NCBI GenBank assembly: GCA_036729925.1
Contig: DAIMRG010000040.1
Coordinates: forward strand, 1-24,000
Origin: Clostridiales bacterium
GTDB lineage: Bacteria; Bacillota; Clostridia; DSM-8532
DNA length: 24,000 nt
Reading direction: 5' to 3'
Shown here: positions 15,570 through 22,470 of the stretch, piece after piece
Position numbering within the stretch: the first letter of the stretch is position 1
Layout: every line of letters begins with the position of its first letter
Notes under the pieces: model-generated
What the model was told of the DNA's origin: nothing
The model's input: the letters and a program-made list of their open reading frames with translations, nothing else
Database searches by the model: none
Translations under genes and position numbers: made by a program

Positions 15570-15767
15570 ATGAAACCTAATGAAATCCGGGCTGAACTGC
15601 TTTTAAAAGGCATCCGCCCCACGATGATTGCCAGCAAGCTGAAGGTTAGCCGCGCCGCAGTTAGCAATGTGATTAGCGGTAAATTCAAAAGCATACGGAT
15701 ACAAGAGGAAATTGCTCAATTAATCGACCGCACAGTTGAAGAAATCTGGCCGCAATGGGCAGCATGA
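15570..15767 (+). CDS. Ner/Nlp-like small HTH DNA-binding protein (Cro-type function)
   Basis: ATG 15570 with RBS ctaaggagg. Sequence: MKPNEIRAELLLKGIRPTMIASKLKVSRAAVSNVISGKFKSIRIQEEIAQLIDRTVEEIWPQW, which fits the Ner-family pattern ending in IWP. The longer ORF in the track (15516) has a non-ATG start and no RBS. Confidence 0.7.
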   Translation: MKPNEIRAELLLKGIRPTMIASKLKVSRAAVSNVISGKFKSIRIQEEIAQLIDRTVEEIWPQWAA

Positions 15768-16268
15768 AAGGCTGCAAAAACAGATGGGATGGAAGCCCGC
15801 ACCAAGGGCCATCCGAGGTTTACCGGGGTCAAGGAAACCGATAACCATCCTGTTCTAATTTTTAATTCTCTACTTAACAAATTAATCCTGCAAAACCATG
15901 CTGATAAGGACTTTACAGTGCCAGTATAAGCCCTCTTGGGAGATTGTACAATGGAGAATCAAAAGACCCGAATTAAACAGTCTGTTTGACATCCTGAAGA
16001 AATTAATTCCCAAATATTTGACGCCTCAGACTTTCAAATAGAAACAAACCGCTGGCACTACGTATAAAGGAGGCTCTATCCGAAGCCAGGTAAAAACAAC
16101 GGTCAATATTTTTTGATTGATAGGTACAACCCGGTTCCGCCCGCTCTGCTTTGCTGACTGTCCCTATGCAAGTCAAAAAGCGAAGCCCCCCAGGTTTTAA
16201 AGGCAACCGCTCCCAAAATCATTAAAATAATGACCTTTCCTTAGTTTCGATCTAAGAGGAGAGATAAT

Positions 16269-17141
16269 ATGGATGTTGAGAAACACAGTAACGAACATAT
16301 TCTGGGATATGTAACGCATAATGTATTCGACAAGTTTGGAAGATTGCTGCTGGCGGAAGGTACGCCCCTTTACCCACAGGTTGTTCAAAAACTGGAAGAA
16401 AGAAGGATTGTTTTTCGGATTTCAGTAGAACCACTGGGGAATAGTGCCGCTATGCCTGATTCTCTGCAAATCGAGAATTCAAAACTATTTAGCGTACCCC
16501 AAAAATTAGATAAGAAATTTGAAAGATTGAATGGCGAAAGCATTAGCATTGCAGCGAAGTATATGAACTGGATTTTACGTCAAATACAAGAGGACATATT
16601 TTTAAGCAATAACATAAAAATACTCGCCCAGAGCCATAAAGCAAATTATTCCCACTCTATTAATGTTTCCTTAATCGCTGTTACCATAGCCCGAAAACTT
16701 AAATATGATAAATCCTCGCTGCATGAAATTGCTCTTGGTTCCCTATATCACGATATTGGGAAGATACTATTGCCTAAATCCGTGTTGGATGATATTACAG
16801 GCGTGCGTGATGAACAGACATTAATTTATCAGCAGCATACCGTGCTGGGAAGCGACTTATTAGCTGCGGATAAGCTGCCTGCCAATGTCTACTTAATTGC
16901 CCGGCAGCATCATGAAAAGTGTTCCGGAAATGGATACCCGAACGGACTTAAGGAAAATGAAATTCACCTCAATGTAGCCGTTGTCACGGTTGCGGACGTA
17001 TTTGATCGATTAACCTCATCTATTTTTAAACGGGATGTTCTTTCCCCTGATGAGGCAATTAACCAAATATTACTTGCAAAAGGCATTGACTATCATCCTC
17101 AGGTTGTCGATATGTTTGTCGAGTTATTTAATAAGGAATAG
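16269..17141 (+). CDS. HD-GYP domain protein (c-di-GMP phosphodiesterase family)
   Basis: 290-aa ORF with RBS agaggaga. Motifs: HSINVS, LYHDIGK and RQHHEKCSGNGYPNGL (HHExxxGxGYP). Confidence 0.85.
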   Translation: MDVEKHSNEHILGYVTHNVFDKFGRLLLAEGTPLYPQVVQKLEERRIVFRISVEPLGNSAAMPDSLQIENSKLFSVPQKLDKKFERLNGESISIAAKYMNWILRQIQEDIFLSNNIKILAQSHKANYSHSINVSLIAVTIARKLKYDKSSLHEIALGSLYHDIGKILLPKSVLDDITGVRDEQTLIYQQHTVLGSDLLAADKLPANVYLIARQHHEKCSGNGYPNGLKENEIHLNVAVVTVADVFDRLTSSIFKRDVLSPDEAINQILLAKGIDYHPQVVDMFVELFNKE

Positions 17142-17485
17142 GGTGAGTAATCTTAACTCAATCAACGTTGCTTCCAGTTGCCGGAAGGCTTCAACTGTGC
17201 TCTTTCCTTGCAGGCTTAGCCGGTCTATCTCAGCACACAAGTCCCAAACTCTATCACATAATTCAGTTTCCTTTTTCTTGAACTCCTGAACACTTATCGT
17301 CACAAGTCAATCACCGTAATAACCGAATTTTTCCGGGCCTTCGCCCTATATAACGTACAGTCGATCAGCTAAGGTCCTCTTATATTATACCATTTCTTTC
17401 ATTTTTAATGAAAATATATTGCTGTTTTAATGAAGTGTTTTTTCATTTATCCCCCCCTATAATGAACCCATGGGGGGTGGACTAG

Positions 17486-17749
17486 TTGCGTAGACAAAGA
17501 CGGTTCACAGCAAAGTATAGAGAAATCGGAAGAAAAGTAGCGTTTTACCGCAACCTTCGGGGATTAACCCAGGAACAGCTTGCAGAAAAAATAGAAGTTA
17601 GCGTGAGTCACATTAGTAAAATCGAGGCTCCTCAGACCACTACCACTCTTTCGCTGGACATGCTGTACCTTATTGCAGAAGGTTTGGACATCGACGTTGC
17701 GGCCTTCTTCAATCCGATTGAGATAAGCAGTCCTTACATAAAGAAATAG
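17486..17749 (+). CDS. XRE-family HTH transcriptional regulator
   Basis: 87-aa ORF with a TTG start preceded by ggggggtgg. HTH: LRGLTQEQLAEKIEVSVSHISKIE. Confidence 0.75.
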   Translation: MRRQRRFTAKYREIGRKVAFYRNLRGLTQEQLAEKIEVSVSHISKIEAPQTTTTLSLDMLYLIAEGLDIDVAAFFNPIEISSPYIKK

Positions 17750-17777
17750 CTAGACAGTTACGCCAGTTAATTGCTAT

Positions 17778-17822
17778 GACTCCCCGGTTCGAACCTAATG
17801 GTCGCCGGGGAGTCTTCGTTTG
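17778..17822 (+). terminator. Intrinsic terminator
   Basis: The stem gactccccgg (17778-17787) pairs with ccggggagtc (17805-17814), followed by ttcgtttg. Confidence 0.5.
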
Positions 17823-17970
17823 TAGTCAAGGATGTCCAATTCTGGAGATTACCAACGTGCTCCTTCTTCCCTGGGGCCTGCCTATGGACCGCCAAAGAAA
17901 TCCTCTCCTAATAGTTTTTCTAGTATATGGGAAGCCTAGAAAGGAGATTTACTAGCGGGAGGAAAACAGC

Positions 17971-18528
17971 ATGGAAGAATACGAAATTGGCAGATTGTTG
18001 AGAAGTATATCCTATCAGCATTGGGTAACCAAGGAGCTTTTCTCCCTTGGCTGGTTTGTTATTCTTGGTGTACTTGCCGGCGTTTACGCCGTATGGCTGA
18101 AATTGCTCGATAAAAGCAGAGTTAGAGATATATTGCTTTTTGGTTCGCTAAGCAGTATTGGTTTTATGCTGGCCGATGTGATTTTCGGCAATTATTTAGG
18201 CTTTATTTCCCACGGCATAGACCTTTTCCCCCTTGAACCCTCTTTTTTCATTGTAAGCATTACGGTCTCACCGGTATTGTTTATGCTGGTTTATCAATAC
18301 ACCTCTTCATGGCGAAGCTACACAATATGGCTTATTATCTGTACCACCGCGTTGTCTTTTGGTTTGGCGCCCTTATATATGAACCTGGGTATTTTGGAAT
18401 ACCACAGAGGCTGGAATCATTTCTTTACTTTTCTGCGGTCGGTCACGGACGGACTGATCGCGAGGGCTATTGTTCTTTGGTTCGCCAGCATAGAGCAAAG
18501 TCAGCCTGCTTCCAAGCGGGTATCGTAA
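17971..18528 (+). CDS. Multi-pass membrane protein (CBO0543-like family)
   Basis: 185-aa ORF with RBS gggagg and 4-5 hydrophobic segments. It is a paralogue of the decayed gene at 20141-20576. Confidence 0.65.
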   Translation: MEEYEIGRLLRSISYQHWVTKELFSLGWFVILGVLAGVYAVWLKLLDKSRVRDILLFGSLSSIGFMLADVIFGNYLGFISHGIDLFPLEPSFFIVSITVSPVLFMLVYQYTSSWRSYTIWLIICTTALSFGLAPLYMNLGILEYHRGWNHFFTFLRSVTDGLIARAIVLWFASIEQSQPASKRVS

Positions 18529-18655
18529 AGGTTTTTCGATGTACAGCCGGCGTCAGCCAAACCCCTTGATTATGATAAGGGCGATAAGTCGGATAATGGT
18601 CAATAAGATACGCAACAATGAAGGCATGTATTTACCCCGGAAGGGCTGTAATGTA

Positions 18656-18708
18656 AAACGAAAAGCCATGGGTCAGGACGCGGTTAGCCTGCTCATGGCT
18701 TTTCGTTT
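18656..18708. terminator. Bidirectional terminator between convergent genes
   Basis: The 15-bp stem aaacgaaaagccatg (18656-18670) pairs with catggcttttcgttt (18694-18708). An overlapping alternative hairpin is cctgctcat (18688-18696) with atgagcagg (18710-18718). Confidence 0.6.
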
Positions 18709-18754
18709 ATGAGCAGGGGGACGATTATCCTCCGCTCACGATTTTTTTAATTGA

Positions 18755-19330
18755 TCATTGAGGCCTAATTGATGAGTTGTCACCCTTTTTTAAGACTAGT
18801 TCATGCAAGTCCTGCGCGGGCAAAAGCAAATTTGTGTCTTCCGCCACTTTGGCCGTAAATTTAGTGCCCGGTGGTATAGCCACCTGCTCTCCCGTAATAT
18901 ACCCCGCATATAAGCCGAATAACACTACGGGAAACAGCATTTTATGCCCGTCGCCTTTCTGCGAGAAGTCGAAGGCAATGGGTATTTTAACATCGTTTAC
19001 GGACCACGTGCATGCCGCTTTGATCTTAATACCCCCGCCTTTCCCCCACGGGCCCGCCCGTTTAATATCGGTAACATAGGCCAGCGCGGTTGCCCCCTTT
19101 TGAATAACCAAAGTTCCGTCCACCCGCACGTCCTCCCGGACTTTCAAAATCAGCATATCGCCCACTCTGCTTCTCTTGGAATGAACAGGCGTAGATAAGT
19201 CCAAGGCGATGTCCGTACCCGCGGGGAGGACAACGGTCTCCGGGTTTTCCCCGGTGTCCGCATTTGCCCAAACTGACGCCGGGAAAACAAGTATTAGGAA
19301 ACACCAGGCCATAACCGCAAACTTTCTCAT
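18755..19330 (-). CDS. Secreted hypothetical protein
   Basis: 191-aa ORF with a signal peptide MRKFAVMAWCFLILVFPASVWA/NA. I recognised no family. Confidence 0.6.
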   Translation of the reverse strand: MRKFAVMAWCFLILVFPASVWANADTGENPETVVLPAGTDIALDLSTPVHSKRSRVGDMLILKVREDVRVDGTLVIQKGATALAYVTDIKRAGPWGKGGGIKIKAACTWSVNDVKIPIAFDFSQKGDGHKMLFPVVLFGLYAGYITGEQVAIPPGTKFTAKVAEDTNLLLPAQDLHELVLKKGDNSSIRPQ

Positions 19331-19372
19331 AAACCACCCCGGATAAAAAGCCAGCGTACGCTGGCTCTTTCA

Positions 19373-20014
19373 TTAAAACGAAAACTTGGCAAAGCCATCA
19401 TCCATCGCTCTTTCCATTCCCTCGACGATCGCTCCGCCCATGCCGCCAACGCCGATGAGCACCGCTTTGTTGACACCCAGGCCGATGGACTGATAGCTGC
19501 TGTATTTATTCGCGCCTGTTTCATATGTACGGAATCTTAATTTAACCTCACTTTTGGCGGAAGTGGAAAACAAGCTGCTGCTGCGGTGATTATTAATCAG
19601 GACGATTTCCATCGCGACCACGGCATCTGCTTCCGTATATTTCGCCACGTTAACCACGGTTTCTTTATCGACTAATTCCATCATCTTGGGATCATAGCCG
19701 CTTTTCGCCAATGCTTCAGCAACACTGGTGTCAGGTACGACAACATAATTTTTGTCATTAAACCTTGCATCAAACTTTTTCTTGACCGTCTCCATGACGA
19801 AATCACGTGTCTCCGTGGTGGAATTAACAAAGGGGACAATTGCCACTTTCATAGGTTTTGCTGCCGGTTCCGTTACAGGTTCTGTTATTGATTCCGTTGC
19901 CGGTGCTGCTATTACAGGTTCTGTTCCAGGTGTTGTGCCGGGTTCTGCGCATACCATGACCGTAAATACCAAAAACATTAAAAAGACCATTAGACTGAAT
20001 GAGACCCTTTTCAT
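19373..20014 (-). CDS. Secreted hypothetical protein with a Pro/Thr/Glu-rich linker
   Basis: 213-aa ORF with RBS aagggg, a signal peptide and a repetitive TEPV/TPGTEP linker. A domain starting KVAIVPFVNST follows. Confidence 0.6.
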   Translation of the reverse strand: MKRVSFSLMVFLMFLVFTVMVCAEPGTTPGTEPVIAAPATESITEPVTEPAAKPMKVAIVPFVNSTTETRDFVMETVKKKFDARFNDKNYVVVPDTSVAEALAKSGYDPKMMELVDKETVVNVAKYTEADAVVAMEIVLINNHRSSSLFSTSAKSEVKLRFRTYETGANKYSSYQSIGLGVNKAVLIGVGGMGGAIVEGMERAMDDGFAKFSF

Positions 20015-20140
20015 TAAGACACCCCTTTATATATGTGTATTTTGTATCATATTAATCTTTGACAATCATTGCCAAATTCCTTCCATTATTTTCACATTTA
20101 GCAAATAAAAGTCGATTCCCGCTTTAAGTTTTGCGTTCCC

Positions 20141-20576
20141 TCATTTAACGCCCTCCTGCCACATTTGAAAAACATACAGCACTGCGGCGATAACAGATTC
20201 AAATATAAATACGATCAGCCCAGCATTATAGTCAATTATGCCCCGGCTTGCAAACCAGGGTAAAACAAGGTAGGCAAATACCAGATTGGCAACGGTATCT
20301 ACCAGGGCATACAACCAAAAACGTCCGTAGGTATATTTTAAAATCCATACCGGGGCGGTGGGGAAAAATCCGTAGACATAGCTTGAAAATATGGCCAGGG
20401 GATAAGTCGTTTCCAGAAACCGCCACCACCTGTTCGCAACTCCGATTTCAGACGAGTAGGCTCAAAAAAAATGCCAGCAAGCCCGTAGATATATATCGTT
20501 TAGCATCCTTAGGAATAAAAAGCAGGCTGACCCACGGTATAATTAAAGCGGCCCATAATAGCACTTGATTACTCAC
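20141..20576 (-). pseudogene. CBO0543-like membrane protein, frameshifted
   Basis: GTG 20576 with RBS ggagg gives MSNQVLLWAALIIPWVSLLFIPKDAKRYISTGLLAFFLSLLV*. The +1 frame then continues SSEIGVANRWWRFLETTYPLAIFSSYVYGFFPTAPVWILKYTYGRFWLYALVDTVANLVFAYLVLPWFASRGIIDYNAGLIVFIFESVIAAVLYVFQMWQEGVK* with its stop at 20141. It is collinear with the 17971 paralogue. The shift lies at about 20448-20465. Confidence 0.5.
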
Positions 20577-20646
20577 AGTAAGACCTCCGATAGTTTGAAT
20601 AATGCATAGTCTTTCTATGAAAAGGAGATCTAATACCATGCCGGGC

Positions 20647-20696
20647 GCACAAAAAAAGAAGGCCTTCCCCCATGAAAAGGCCTTCTTTTTCTGTGC
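20647..20696. terminator. Bidirectional intrinsic terminator
   Basis: gcacaaaaaaagaaggcc pairs (imperfectly) with aggccttctttttctgtgc. A and T runs sit within both arms. Confidence 0.65.
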
Positions 20697-21284
20697 CTTA
20701 TACTACGCTGTGCGCTGTTATTTATTCACATCTTAAATTGTAAATCGTTAAGCTTTACGGTAAAAAGCTGCTTCTGGCCCGGTACTGCCACCCGGCAGTG
20801 GCGTTCATCGAGGAGGAGAAAATTACTATCAACTACGCCGGAGTATATGACCCCGGAATTCCAGTGCGTAAAGCTCACGGCCCTGCGGTTTATCTCCTGG
20901 TCCTCCCCTTCTCTGAATAAGTCTTCCTTTAGTTTCTCTACGGGCTTTAGGTAGTTGTTATTTAAAACACTTTCCCTTTTCTTAAAGATAGCCTATTCCC
21001 CCTTTCAACGGTCTGAAGATATATTATTTTCAGTGACGCGGAAATTATGCGATTATGCTTACCGTTCTTTTATCATGAGATGTTGCCCCCACATACATCG
21101 TTATTTCTTTCTGTGACACCTTTACGGTATGATCATTGATAATCTTGTATTCCACCACCACGTCATACTTCCATGCTTTATATCCTTCATAATATTTTTA
21201 CAATTTTGCTGAAAGTTGTAAATTCGTGGTTATAATAATAGGAGAGACTACATTTTTCCAGAATCTGCGCGGGAGTTGATCAAG

Positions 21285-21872
21285 ATGCTTTTTCGGCTGG
21301 CATTATTATTATGCTGTTTTACCCTGTTGGCGGGCTGTGGCAGCCCCGCCGCCAAACAGGAGGCAACGGCTTTACCGCTGCAGGCGGCAAAGGAACCCGC
21401 CCTTGGCGCCGGCGCAGTTGAGATTATCCCGCCGGTAAATACCTTTAGCCAGTGGTGCGATTATTGGCTTCCCTTTGTCGCCGAATACAACGGCGCGCTG
21501 GTGGAAATCGAAACCGTCTCCCGGGAATTGACGCTACGGCATAATCCCGCCGGGGCCCGCCCGCGGATAGCGGGCATCACCGCGAAATTAAACCGGGCGG
21601 AAACCCTGTTCCGCCAACTGCCGCCGGTCAGCGGGTTGACGAAGGAGCATCGCGGCTTATGGGAACAAAACACCGTTAAGGCCCGCACCGTGCTGACCGT
21701 CGCGCAGGAAATCCCGCCGCTGCTGTCCGCATTGGCCGAGCATCCTGAAGACACGGAAACCGCCCGGGTGCTGTCCGCTAAAATTAAGACGGCAAATGAA
21801 ATCGCCCTTTGTCAGGAAAATATCCTTAAAATACGTGATAATCTTCTGAAAAACAACGCCGGCGCAAAATAA
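21285..21872 (+). CDS. Lipoprotein, function unknown
   Basis: The lipobox LLAGC follows a hydrophobic leader (MLFRLALLLCCFTLLAGCGS). ATG 21285 has gggag 9 nt upstream. The track start at 21276 is TTG. Confidence 0.7.
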   Translation: MLFRLALLLCCFTLLAGCGSPAAKQEATALPLQAAKEPALGAGAVEIIPPVNTFSQWCDYWLPFVAEYNGALVEIETVSRELTLRHNPAGARPRIAGITAKLNRAETLFRQLPPVSGLTKEHRGLWEQNTVKARTVLTVAQEIPPLLSALAEHPEDTETARVLSAKIKTANEIALCQENILKIRDNLLKNNAGAK

Positions 21873-21934
21873 GGGACCTCTGCGAAATTGACTGCATATT
21901 ATGCAGTATCAACATAACGTGGAAAGGTAGTATT

Positions 21935-22231
21935 ATGATGCTGTACAATTACTGGCTCTACGAGTATCCGGAGATCCTCGAATGGTATAGTCCATCCTTT
22001 GCACCCGATGTATGGCAGGTCACGCCCTGCAGCCCCGAGTGTCAGCCCAGCGCCAAATGTCCGCCCCAGTGCCCGCCTTTATATTGCCAGCCCCGCCAAC
22101 AATGCGCGCCCAGGGGCAGGCAATGCCGGCCCCGCCCGCAGCCGGGCTCTCCCGGTACCACGCCATGCGCCCCTGCCGGGGGTTACGGAGGGTTCCCGCC
22201 CCAGCAGTTATGTATCCCCTACTTTTCATGA
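21935..22231 (+). CDS. Small Cys/Pro/Gln-rich protein (spore-coat-like composition)
   Basis: 98-aa ORF with RBS ggaaagg. It contains CSPECQPSAKCPPQCPPLYCQPRQQCAPRGRQCRPRPQP. A terminator follows. The stretch is locally very GC-rich, so other frames are also open. Confidence 0.5.
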   Translation: MMLYNYWLYEYPEILEWYSPSFAPDVWQVTPCSPECQPSAKCPPQCPPLYCQPRQQCAPRGRQCRPRPQPGSPGTTPCAPAGGYGGFPPQQLCIPYFS

Positions 22232-22281
22232 TCTAACCGGGTTGCCATATATGGGGCAAGATCGAAAATCCCTGTTTAAAG

Positions 22282-22323
22282 TACAGAAGTCTGCCGGCGA
22301 CGGTACGGCTTCTGTATCTTTTT
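22282..22323 (+). terminator. Intrinsic terminator
   Basis: The stem tacagaag (22282-22289) pairs with cttctgta (22309-22316), followed by tcttttt. Confidence 0.55.
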
Positions 22324-22470
22324 GGGCACATGACCAGGCGGAGATTAGTCCTGGTTTTTTCAGCAACTATCGCGCGCTCTTTATCCCCGCGGGATACAGG
22401 AATTTCCACGTTTTATGTCGAAAATTAGCTCTACGGGAAACAGACAAAATTGCAAAGGAGGAACTGACCC

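Noticed and set aside
16003-16434. Three minus-strand ORFs of 60-67 aa upstream of and overlapping the HD-GYP gene start.
   Set aside because: They have no RBS and an implausible composition, and they overlap the RBS and start of a well-supported gene.
17124-17303. A 59-aa minus-strand ORF (GTG start; ...EFKKKETELCDRVWDLCAEIDRLSLQGKSTVEAFRQLEATLIEL...), considered as a Spo0E-like phosphatase.
   Set aside because: It lacks the Spo0E SQxLD signature and has only a weak RBS. It overlaps the 3' end of the HD-GYP gene. The evidence is insufficient.
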